The notes below the pieces were generated by a model. It saw nothing but the letters and a program-made list of their open reading frames with translations, made no database searches and was not told the DNA's origin. From Felis catus (lineage: Eukaryota), in assembly GCF_018350175.1 (NCBI RefSeq), contig NC_058368.1, positions 235,478,001-235,542,000 on the forward strand: a DNA stretch of 64,000 nt, given 5' to 3'. This document shows, piece by piece, positions 53,194 to 64,000 of the stretch; the stretch's first letter is position 1; each line of letters opens with the position of its first letter. The translations under genes and the position numbers were made by a program.

Positions 53194-53388
53194 TTTTTCT
53201 TAATTATTATTAAAGTTTATTTATTTACTGGGAGAGAGAAAGAGACAGCGTGGGGGGGGATCCTAAGCAGACTCTCAGCTGTCAGCCCAGAGCCCAATGT
53301 GGGGTTCAAACCCATGAACTTGAGATCACGACCTGAGCTGAAATCAAGAGCTAGATGCTTCACCAACTGAGCCACCCAGGCACCCCCA
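53194..53388 (-). mobile_element. Can-SINE
   Basis: Canonical body; TSD ccatccccaa. Confidence 0.88.
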
Positions 53389-54800
53389 TCCCCAACCTTT
53401 GATGAAGGCCTAGAATATGCCAGTTGCTTTGCTAGGAGGGAGACTCCATAAGGAATATGACCCAGACCCACCCTCTCAAGCACGGTCTAATGGGGTAAAT
53501 TTGCTGTAAGTCACCATATCGTGCAAGCAGGAAGACTCAGGAAAGGACACACGGGAAGATATGATGCCTCAGCCAATTCCTGAGCTTACGGACTTTGTTA
53601 CGGAAGAGGGGATGACATTCAAGGGAGAAAGAACAAAGGGTTTGGGCAGAGGAAGGAAGACCCACATGGCTGATAGGGCAGTAAAATAAAACAAGATCTG
53701 AGATTTACACACAGTGAAAGTCTCTCCGAGTTCAAGGAATCAGTTTTCCTTTCATAGCTTTCTACACCCAAAGGAACATCCTAGAGAGGGGCGAGAGTAA
53801 GACTCAGAAAAGGATGGAACCTTCAGGAACGCTGGTGGTAGCTTCAAACGCACAGGAGGCTAACGTTTCTTAAATGATCTGCACAACTGTTCTGGAGATG
53901 TGAACCGGCGTTCAGTCGCTAAGTGTTACTGGGGCAAATGTGTCACGTCGGTGGCGAATGCCTCATGAAATCGGCATGCTGAGTTGGGGGCCTCTGTTCT
54001 TGGCCAGAACAGCGTTTACAGATCAGAGCCGTAAGCAGACCTCAAGGAATCCGTAAGAGCAGGGGCCCGAGCGTCTGCAACTCTCCAAAGAGACAACTGC
54101 AAAGCGCTGGCTTGCAGGGTGACGACTTGATAGGATACCAGGATATAAATAAAGCTCCCTTGAAATCGGAGCTCACGGACGCAGGCTCGATGTCTGGGTG
54201 GGAAAGTGGTCGATCAGAACCAGAGTCGGTAGCCCAGTGGGAGGCAGGCGTCCCCGCCCTGGAGCGGTGGCTCACCATGAAGTCCGGAGGCTGGGTGTGG
54301 AGACGTAAGCCAATGAAGGCACAAGTGGATGAATGGATGAAGACATGAATGGGTGGATGGGAACGAGGTAGCTGCTCCTGTGGTCGGGTCACATGGGAAA
54401 TGGACACAGTGGTTGGGCAGAAGTCCGGGCTTCTGGGAAGGGAGGCACATCGGTGTGGACTGGAAAGGCAGATCCGGGCAGGCAGGACCTGGTGTCCGCC
54501 TCATACGCTTGAGGATGGGAACCCCCCCCCCCCCCCCGCGCACCGTCCCGCTCACAGCCTGTCCTGGGAGCTAAATGCAGTGGTTGTCGTTAACACACCC
54601 AACTCAGGCCACTACCCCGGGGGCACCAAGCACAGCACACATTTCCTTCACTCCACGGGTGGGAGGTGACTCCAGCCCAAATTCCACTCTCCCGGGCTTC
54701 GCGGCCGTGGCCTCAGGGAGCGGGTGCTACCAACGGATGGGGCAGTTTCAAAGACTATCCAACACGATACAAAATGAATGGTGTTTTAAAATGTTAAGTT

Positions 54801-55008
54801 AGGGCTGCCTGGGTGGCTGAGTCGGTTGAGCGGCCGACTTCGGCTCAGGTCATGATCTCACGGTCCGTGAGTTCGAACCCCGTGTCGGGCTCTATGCTGA
54901 CAGCTCAGGGCCTGGAGCCTGCTTCGGATTCTGTGTCTCCCTCTCTCTCTGTCCCTCCCCCATGCACGCTCTGTCTCTCAAAAATAAATAAACATTAAAA
55001 ATTTTTTA
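54801..55008 (+). mobile_element. Can-SINE
   Basis: Canonical body; TSD aaatgttaa. Confidence 0.9.
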
Positions 55009-56285
55009 AATGTTAAATTATTCCTGTGTATTTGACATAACTACCTGACACAGAGCTCAATACCTAGCTGGCTTTCAATAAACGCTTTCTGAGTGAGCTG
55101 AACATCCGTCAGTTTATTCCTGTGGAAACCTTGGATGGAATGAGTGGGAATATTTTTCCTATGGAAGAATTTCCTTCCTATGGAAGGAAATTAATAACGG
55201 TCAATAAGATGCGATTGTAAAAACATCTAAGAAGACATAGGCAGGGCACCTTATGTATGAAAATACTAGATCTAGACCCTACTATTTAAAGTATTCTCAC
55301 AATATTCTTACATCGTAGTTTTCGGGAACATTCTGTAGAATACAGAACTATGAATGGAAGATACCATTAAAGGTGATTTTTTTTTTGACTTTACTAAGGA
55401 CAAAGCTCTCAAATACAGGAGGTGGATGATAGCTTGCCCCTAAGGCACGTGACCCACTAACTCAGTCTATGCCTGGCTTATGCCGCCTGTGTATTTCAGC
55501 CCATCCTGGAACCGGCTTGATCCCCAACGCAGTACTCCAGGCCAAAACAAATCACAAGAGTGAGAAGAGCTTTGAAATATCATATAATCCATGCTGTTTT
55601 CCAACATAGCAAAACGTATTTGAAACCTTGGTACCCTACAGATGTAACTGACATTTCACAAAAATGTGACACTCTATCCTGGAAAACACACGAAACTTCT
55701 AGCATCTCAAAGAATTAGGTAATAAAATGACCACGAAACAACTGAACAACCAAAAACCGATGACACCCTCCCACTTTTATCATACTTTGACTTAACTGCT
55801 AACTTCTGGACATAGTGTGCAAGGATTGTATTAAATTAACCATTATTGTTATATGTCATTACATCCTTTATTAAATTTCAGGGTCCTCTTGGAACAAAGA
55901 CCCTATTAAATCATACGTCTAGGGTCAAAGAGCTGGAATGTAAGACATGCTGGGTGTGGGGGGAAGCTCCCAGTTTCACTACAGTACCCAGGACACAAAG
56001 GGGATCAGGTTTCCAAGTCACTCTGGCAGTCTGCATCTCAGACCAGGGTCAGGCCACCAGGCACCGCTGATGTTGATGCTGACGGGGCAGAAGAGGCGCT
56101 AGATGAAGACGCGATGCTAACACACGCGATGAAGACGTGACAACTAACACTTAACTCAGGGAGGACAAAGCTAAAGGCACATGGAGAGTCCACACTTGCT
56201 TTTTCATCTTTGCAGCTAAGGAGCATGGTCTTTAACGAGGGCACTCACTTGCGAGTCTGTCCTCCAGTTTAAGAGCTTACGTGCA

Positions 56286-56510
56286 TGGCGCATCTGAGTG
56301 GCTCAGTTGGTTAAGCGTCCAACTCTTGGTTTTGGCTCAGATCCGTGATCTTATGGTTCGTGGGTTCAAGCCCCACGTCGATCTGTGTGCTGTCAGCTTG
56401 AGGCCAGCTTGGGATTCTCTCTCCCTCCCCACCCCACGCCCCCTCTGCCGCTCTCTCTCTCTTTCTGTCCCTTCACCCTCTACCCTCAAAATAAACAAAC
56501 TTAAAAAAAA
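56286..56510 (+). mobile_element. Can-SINE (diverged)
   Basis: tctgagtggctcagttggttaagcg head, CT tract, A tail; flanks aagagct. Confidence 0.85.
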
Positions 56511-57183
56511 GAGCTATGTTTATGAAGACCAGTTTCAGCCCTACTGACGTGGTTAAGTTCAACCTCACAATCTAACACCACAAATAAAACCAACATTCTC
56601 AGAGGGCAGTGTTGGGGATTTCCACACTGTGAGTTCGGCACTACCAGATCCAATATCTCAAAGTGTCTGTATCAGACTCTCCAAAAATACAAACTGAAAT
56701 CCCATTACAAATGATGTTATAATGGGATCTATAAATTATTGCAATTATTTATTTTTGTTTTTGAAGAAGTAGGGTTCTTTCATCACTAATTCCAATGATC
56801 CCTATGCAAGTCCTCAGAGGGCAGAGAAAGCCATGGCCATATATGTGCGTGAATTCATACATGAGTATGTAAACACACATACACCATATACACATCTGTT
56901 TATTCCAGAGACAGATACATATGTGTTCACATTATTCATTAACTTGCCCAAACTAAATAGCAGAGGGACTTAAAGAGCCCTTTTCTAAAATAGCATTCCT
57001 CTGTCTATCCCCCTGCTCAGCAAATGTGCAATTGAGAAGCCCTTACGTGTTAGTTGCGGGATGAGGCACCAGGTAATTTGCTGGTTATTATTTTATATTC
57101 TCCCATCAGTAAACTCTGGATCTTTATACTTCAACCTAACAAAACAGACCCATTTCAAAAAATTTCAGAAGGAGTTCACTTAC

Positions 57184-57202
57184 ATTTTTTTAAATGTTTA
57201 TT

Positions 57203-57256
<54 letters not shown>

Positions 57257-57422
57257 TGAGTGGGAGAGGGGCAGAAAGAGAAAGGGAGACACAGAATCCG
57301 AAGCAGGCTCCAGCTCTGAGCTGTCAGCACAGAACCCTGACGCGGGGCTTGAACTCACGGACCGTGAGATCACGACCTGAGCCAAAGTCGGATGTCTAAC
57401 CAACTGAACCACCCAGGTGCTC
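57184..57422 (-). mobile_element. Can-SINE with long (GA)n
   Basis: Canonical body; TSD gaaggagttca. Confidence 0.9.
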
Positions 57423-58959
57423 TGGGAAGGAGTTCATTAAAAAAAGTTAAATTTTATTAGTGAAAATATTTTGAGATGCTTTAATTCACTTGAAAGATAC
57501 TTTAAGTGCTGCACCATAACTAAATTTGAGATTCAGGATCCTAGAGATTGTGGCCACACAAATGGTACTTAACTCAGAAAATACGTCACGTTTATTTATG
57601 CTGAAAAACAACTTTACATCATAGGGAATGAGCTGACCTCACTGATTCTAATGGATGTATTTCTGTTTAACTTGAGATGATACTTCCTTCACGGTCCATG
57701 ATGACATTAACTGGTACCAGGATTACCTCTCTGCACACAAAAACTACGTAAAACTGGACAAAATATTTGGGCCAATTGTTCTGGACTTTGCAACAGGCAG
57801 CACAGTAGTGTCCCTCAAGAGAAGGGAGATTTGTAATTTGAGTGACACCGCGGCCCCATCAATCTGCCTGGAGCACCTTGCTGACCGTGGTGCAGAGGTG
57901 GGTCCCAGGCAGATAACGCAGTCCCCCCGAATGGACGGTGCAGAGATCAGAGCTGGGCCTGCAGAAGGAGCCAGAATCCATGAGAATATGTGGGACCAGA
58001 AAAGAAAAAAGCCACATTAAGCTGGGGGCTGCAGGTGCCTGCCTGAGGATTCCCTGAGGTCCCTCCTGATCCGTGGGGTGAATCGCTGACATACTACATG
58101 ATGCTTAGTATAGCCCAGCACGAGGCAGCAGCTTTGGGCTAAGAGCTGACAGGCTGGAGGACAGAGGCCACACCGTGCTGGGAGACACCGGAGTTTGGGT
58201 CCGCCCGTGGTGGAGAGACCTCAGTGAGCATTCTGGGCCCTCAGGGGAGAGCCTGAAGTCCACGTGTGCTGAGTGAGAACCACACTCTAGAGCACAGGCT
58301 TTGCCCTTGGGCTAAGGACAGACTGAAAGAGAGGCGCCCTAGGGAAGAACCAAAGACAGCCTCAAAGGGACAAGGGATCACCTATTCACATAAATTTATA
58401 TAACATAAAGTGATCATGTATTATGTTATAAATATACTCAAGGCTGTAAAGGAAAAAGTAGACAGAATGAATGAAAAAAACGGGAAATTCCAGTAGAGAG
58501 ATATAGACCGCAAAGAACTAGATGGTATTTCTGGCAACTGAAACTTAAAATAACCCCAACGTAGAGCTTGCTGAATTGTCTAGACAAGTGACGAGGGAGG
58601 GCAGAAGCTACAGATGATGACCAACTTTTTATCAGAAACAACGGAGTCCAGTTGAAAGTGGAATTATATCCTTCAAATTTTTAAAGGGTAAAAATACAGA
58701 AAAAACTGTTGAGAATTCTATATTCAGAAAAACTATTCTTCAAAGTGGTGGGTGAAATAATGACATTTTCAGAGAGAGAAAAGCTGACATGCTCTGTGGC
58801 TAGCCGATGCAGCCTATAAGGAACGCTAAATCGGGTCCTTCAGGCCAAAGCAAATGATACGATTTGAAGCTGATCCATAAGAATGCATAAGTACTACATG
58901 GTGGGTTGGTGGGTGAATGTGAAAGACGGTCCAATTTTATTTAAAAGTAACTCCCTGTT

Positions 58960-59320
58960 GGGGCACCTGGGTGGCGCAGTCCGTTGAGCGGTTGAGCGTC
59001 CGGCTCTTGATTTCGGCTCAGGTCACGACCTCCGGAACCGTGAGACCTGTCCCCGCATCGGGCTCCGAGCTAACAGTGCAGAGCCTGCTTGGGAGTCTCT
59101 CTCTGCCCCACCCCTGCTCACACTCTCTCCTTCTCCCTCAAAATAAATAAATAAACGTTTAAAAAATAATAATAAATTAAAGTATCCAAAGCAGGCTCTG
59201 GGCTGTCAGCACAGAGCCTCAACGTGGGGCTCGATCTCACGGCTTCCGAGATCATGACCTGAGCCGAAATCAAGAGCCGGTCGCTCGGCCCTTGAACGGA
59301 CTGGGCCACACGGGCATCCC
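58960..59320. mobile_element. Tail-to-tail inverted Can-SINE pair (+ at 58960-59180, - at 59185-59320)
   Basis: The two heads point outward; the composite is flanked by gtaactccct(g/a)tt on both sides. Confidence 0.88.
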
Positions 59321-59640
59321 GTAACTCCCTATTTTAAAACAAACATTAGAACGTTGTGTCAGGTAGCTTCTAACATGCACAGAATAAAATACGTGACAAC
59401 AGTACAGTGTGAAGGAGGGCCACATGGACTGACTTGTTGTAAGGATCTTGCATTTTACATAGAGTGGCACAATGTTAATTCTACATAGACTATAAATTAA
59501 AGATGCAGCTATAATCTTTAGAACGACCACTAAAAACTAGTGTAAGAAAGTATGGCTAAGATGTAAATTGAGGAAAAAATAGAATTTTTAAAGCAAGTTT
59601 ACTCCAAAAGGAAAGAGGGAACTAAAAAAGAAATCTGAGT

Positions 59641-59858
59641 GTGATGCCTGGGTGGCTCAGTCCAGCATCTGACTCCGGCTCAGGTCATGATCTCACGGTT
59701 CCTGGGTTTGAGCCCCACATCGAGCTCTGTGCTGACAGCTTGGAGCCTGGAGCCTGCTTGGGATTCTGTGTCTCCCTCTCTCTCTGCCCCTCCCCTGCTC
59801 GTTCTCTCTCTCTCTCTCTCTCTCAAAAATAAATAAAACATTAAAAAAATTTAAAAAA
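59641..59858 (+). mobile_element. Can-SINE
   Basis: tgcctgggtggctcag head, (CT)n, A tail. Confidence 0.88.
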
Positions 59859-60109
59859 GAAGCGTGGCCAATAGGAGACAAAATTTAAAACCAAGCAATA
59901 CAATTCCTCACACTAACTTAATAAACAAGAGAAATTATATAACTACATCAACAGACGCAGAAGACGTTTCCCAAAAGTCAACACGCTTTTGTGATAAAAC
60001 CTCTCAACGATCTAGGCCCAAAAAGGAACTTCGTCTGTTTGATAAAGGGTAACTATGTAAAACCAACAGCTAACATCATATTCGTTTTCTATTCGTCACT
60101 GAGGTTTCT

Positions 60110-60420
60110 AATCATAATTGCAATGTAGTTAACACACGGTGTTAGTTTCGGGTATGCAATACAGTGATTCAACAGCTCTACACATTACTCCGCGCTCATC
60201 GCAGTGAGCGTGCCCCTAACTCTCCTCACCTGTTTCACCCCCTACCCCCAGCTCCCCTCTGGTACCCTGCTCTCTAGAGTTAAGAGTCAGCTTCTCTGTC
60301 TCTCTCTTCGGTTTTGTTTCTTAAATTCTGCGTGTGATTGAAATTACACGGTGTTTGTTTTTCTCTAACTTATTACACTTAGCATTATATTCTCTAGCTC
60401 CATCCATGTCACTGCAAATA
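60110..60420 (-). mobile_element. L1 3' end fragment (carnivore type)
   Basis: tagttaacacacggtgttagtttc...acttagcattatattctctagctccatccatgt; similar to the L1 at 46160-46730. Confidence 0.75.
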
Positions 60421-61749
60421 CTTTCCTTGGCAATTACAAAGCTCCAGAATAGGCCAAGTGTACCTAAGGTGCTGGGAACCAGAGCAACGGTTGCTCACCG
60501 GGGTGGGGAAGGGACTGAATGGGAGAGGGCATGAGGGAACTTTTCGGCTTTACAGAAGTAAGCCACATCCCGATCAGTGTGCCGGTAACACGCTGTGTTA
60601 CAAACGTGGGTAAACACATTGGTGATTCACTGCATGTAAATATCTCCTCAATGACGAAAGGTGTACTGCATTTAACTTCTGGGACTTTCCAAGTGGCGCT
60701 AGGGTACCCTGGGTGCCACCGCCCACGGTCACAGAGCAAAAATAATGTGGAAACTAGAAGCGTGCTGTAGGAAATCCCACCTTCAAAAAACCAAAATTCT
60801 TAGGGATGTCACACGTTCTGCCCATGAAAGAGGACAACATTAGGAATATGTGCTGCTGGTGACTGACTTATCGCTCTTCTTTAAGGCTGAGATTACCCAG
60901 CCGAGGGGACGAGAACCCAGTTCTGGCACATGGACTGTAATTGATCTTAGGGGGAGCTCTCCTTGAGTTTAGAAGAAAAGAGATTATCACGTTAGATTTC
61001 AATTGGAAACTTTCCCGGCGCATTATGAAATGGTGGAGGTTTCTGGAGGATCGTATTTTTGTCTGTTTTCCTCTCGATTTCCTTATAAACTACAGTAAGA
61101 GAAATCTCAAAAATAGTGGCTTTCATTTAATGTATGGGTCCCTTCCCTTGTGGCTCGGTACAGAAAGTTCCTAGATCGCCATCGGTCTGCCCGTCCAGCA
61201 CAAGCACACGTCTCTGCCATATGTGGGGTTTATGTTAGGAAGCCACGCCAGTGATGGCCCCGGGCTCAGCGGAGGAGATAGCAGCTTCTAGGAGAAACTT
61301 CTCTAGCAATCCCGTATTTGGGAAATATAATAATCAGAAGCCCTAGATAGGCTGCTTCTCCATAGTAAGTTCCGCTTACATCTAAGGAAGATAGAGAGCA
61401 GGGCGGTGCTGTTTGCTTAACAGCGTTTGAAAAAAACGCAGAGTATTAGTTAGCCAACTTACACCAACCAAAGGTTACTGCCGAGCTCCCACGTGATAAA
61501 TCAGAAAGAAAGAGCTGAACTAACGGGCCAAGTCCGTTCTCCAGTGAAAACTGATACCCACACCAGTATCTACCATCACTTTCTTTGCCAGTAAAACATG
61601 TGTTTCCTGTTATAGGAGACCAGCTTTCACATACAGGATTTGACATTTGGTAGGTACCCAATAAATGCAGAATCCATCAATGTCCGTTACACTGAATAAA
61701 ACGGTTTTATGAGTCACATTGCACTGAGCACTTGCCAATAATCACTTGC

Positions 61750-61903
61750 CTTTTTGAAATCCAGCATGCAGAGTTTGGCTTTCTCTCCAAACTGCCACTT
61801 GCACTGAGTGTTTGCATCGTACAGCTCTCCCGGCAACTTCTCAGGATACTTGTACTCCTTCACAGGCTTCGGCTGATCAGCAAGGCACAGAGCTTGGGCA
61901 GTG
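61750..61903 (-). CDS. ADAMTS16: ADAMTS16 coding exon (approx. exon 10): end of protease domain and start of disintegrin-like domain
   Basis: Translates (S)TAQALCLADQPKPVKEYKYPEKLPGELYDANTQCKWQFGEKAKLCMLDFKK. Acceptor gtttcag|C; donor AAG|gcaagt (GC type). 154 bp, phase 2 to 0. Confidence 0.95.
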
Positions 61904-62314
61904 CTGAAACGCAGAGGAGAGATGGTGCTGCTCGTGATTCTGCAAGACTTACCAGAGATACGCACTGAGTTACGCCTTGATATTCTCATGCAATCTGACA
62001 ACACAGCCCGAACAGAGAGGAGGGGGCGTTTTTCTCCGGGGGTCTGACATCAATCTCGATTATCTTTGGATCCGGGGGCCACATGTCCTCAAGTTGCTCA
62101 TAATGCATCTCATCTTTTCCGGGAGGGCAATTTGTTCTTCATCAGATTTCTCCAGCTTATCACGGGGCAGAGGGAAACGGAATCGCACAACCAGATGGAC
62201 AACGTGAGAATCTCCGACGGCAGACACCTTTTATGTATGCTTCTTGCCATGAACGATCAACAGATGGCAATGGGCACTAGGCAAGGCAAACACAATCAAC
62301 CTCAAAGACTAGAA

Positions 62315-62410
62315 TTTTCTTTCTTTTCCTCCCTCCATTCTTCCTTCCTTTCCTTCCCCCCCTTCCTCTCGTCAGTCCCTCCCTCCTTCCCTCCCTTCTT
62401 TCCTTCCCCG
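62315..62410. repeat. CT-rich low-complexity tract
   Basis: Degenerate (TTCC/CCCT)n. Confidence 0.8.
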
Positions 62411-64000
62411 GGGCCAGGGACCACCTGCACCACAGCTCACAGCCTCCGGAGGTTTGCCATGGAACACAGCAGCAATTTCTACCAGTAATGCTCTACACTC
62501 ACGCTAATTTCTGACTCGATTCCCAAGTCAAGGAGGAAATTAACTCTGCCTAAGTTCACTAGCAGATGGCTAAAGACCAACTAATGATTTTTTCCTACAC
62601 AAACACGGTATTCCCTTCCCTACGTGCATAGTTAAAATTTTTGCGTTTGGAGGAAGGGAAAACAGTGTTTGCACGTAGCAACTAAACTTTACTTACAAAT
62701 TTCAACAAGCAAAAAAAACCCCCACCCCGCATATTCTCAACATACTGACCAAGAGCAGACCCACCCATGCATCCCTACACTTTCCTTTGTGTGGTCACCC
62801 ACCTTGACCTGGATCATTTTGGCCTCAGTCTCCATGGCCCAGTCCCAGATCCCACTGCCTTGGAGTCTATGCATGCATACCTTCAATTAATATCCACACA
62901 CGAAACACAAGAGGTGGTACCAATTAACCGTGGTAAGACATTAATCCCACATACAAGGAGGTCAGAAGCCTTCTGAGAGCAAACCGAGAAAGAGAGATTA
63001 AATCAGATGATAGGAAAGTGTTCAGAGCAGTGGCCGGCTCATTGTGCATGTTCAATAGATGACTTGTCTATCACTATTAAGGCAATCATAGTGCAAAAGG
63101 ATATTTTGAAGTGAAGAAAAACGAATAAAAGCATAATTAACACTCCAAGACAGGAGGGACTTAGCAATTCTGGAACTCCATAGAACCTTTTTCTGATGGA
63201 TCACAAATGATTTCTATACACTAGTTCAGTGTTCCCTGGTATCTCCCGGAGGCTACATCAGGGAGGCAATCTTATCCCTACCCTACGGACAGGAAATTAG
63301 GACATGTCGGCCAAACGGACCGGCCCAAGCAAGAGACTGAAAATTCAAAAAGGTTCACAGGTTCAGGAATTTTTATAGTTTGTGTAAATGTATGAGCACA
63401 TGGCCTGAGGACAAGGTTCCCGCCTGGCCAAGAAAAACGAAGCTCACGGACTGGGAGCCTGGAAGAAGGTTCAGGAACACACATACCACTACTGGGATGT
63501 AAAAGTCGGTTCCAATTAGCTTCACCTTTGAAGAGCTGCAACTCCCCATGCTGATTGTACCCTGGTCCTTCTGGTTAGGCTCACGCTGGAGCACGTCTGA
63601 TTTCTACCCTCGGCCCCAGCAGGTCTCACAGCTAAGCGCACGGCCAATGGGGCAGGTGTGAGAAAACCCCACGTTGTGGACGTAAGAAGGAAAAGTGCTG
63701 TCACTGTAGGCACAATCCCCCATAGCATCCACACGAACAAAATGTGTTTGACTCATTTGAATGTGCTGGACAAAAGTCAGGTGACCTACATGTGATAAGC
63801 AAAACGATAAGGCTTGTAGATCACATGGAAGAATATATTCAGGACTTTGGGGTAAGCAGAGTTTTTTTTTTTTTCCCAACAATATACAAAAAAGCGTTAA
63901 CCCTAAAGGAAAAATAGGGATTAATCTGGTCTCCGTGACACAAAGAAAAACTTCTTTTCACCAAAAGACACCATTAACAGTGTAAATACTGAGTCACAGA

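Larger units (their letters stand above)
58430..60080 (+). mobile_element. Degraded old L1 (ORF1 to ORF2 pieces) hosting three SINEs
   Basis: L1-like gagaattctatattcagaaaaactattcttcaaa and aaaccaacagctaacatcata. Confidence 0.55.

Noticed and set aside
3456..59881. Many similar short ORFs (MAQSVERPTSAQV..., ...SDSVSPSLSAPP...)
   Set aside because: All are Can-SINE translations, not a gene family.
16929..61903. Assignment to the paralog ADAMTS18 or to a pseudogene
   Set aside because: The peptides match my recollection of ADAMTS16 (e.g. LADQPKPVKEYKYPEKLPGELYDANTQ). All nine exons are stop-free, in phase and flanked by splice signals.
61904..64000. Upstream catalytic-domain exon (zinc-binding motif region)
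   Set aside because: No matching peptide found; it probably lies beyond the right edge.

Overview
Mammalian (carnivore, most likely felid) genomic DNA; the SINEs are Can-SINE/SINEC_Fc type and the L1 3' ends are felid-like. The whole window lies inside ADAMTS16, which is transcribed on the minus strand. I traced nine consecutive coding exons by hand (154, 96, 149, 173, 131, 124, 245, 139 and 127 bp; 1338 nt in total). They splice in frame with consistent phases. They encode the end of the metalloprotease domain, the disintegrin-like domain, TSR1, the Cys-rich domain, the spacer and TSR2. Exon numbers 10-18 come from my recollection of the human gene. Both ends of the gene lie outside the window. 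The introns hold about 30 SINEs, L1/L2/MIR fragments, MER21-like and other LTR remnants, Tigger2- and MER5-type DNA transposons, a 28-bp minisatellite and several microsatellites. I found no evidence for a new multi-gene system. The most notable observations are: (1) a GC-AG intron; (2) a 3-codon read-through stop after exon 11, a candidate short isoform; (3) a 5'-inverted (twin-primed) L1 with a perfect 16-bp TSD; (4) a tail-to-tail SINE palindrome whose two arms share private mutations. Repeat family names are from pattern recognition only and were not checked with RepeatMasker.
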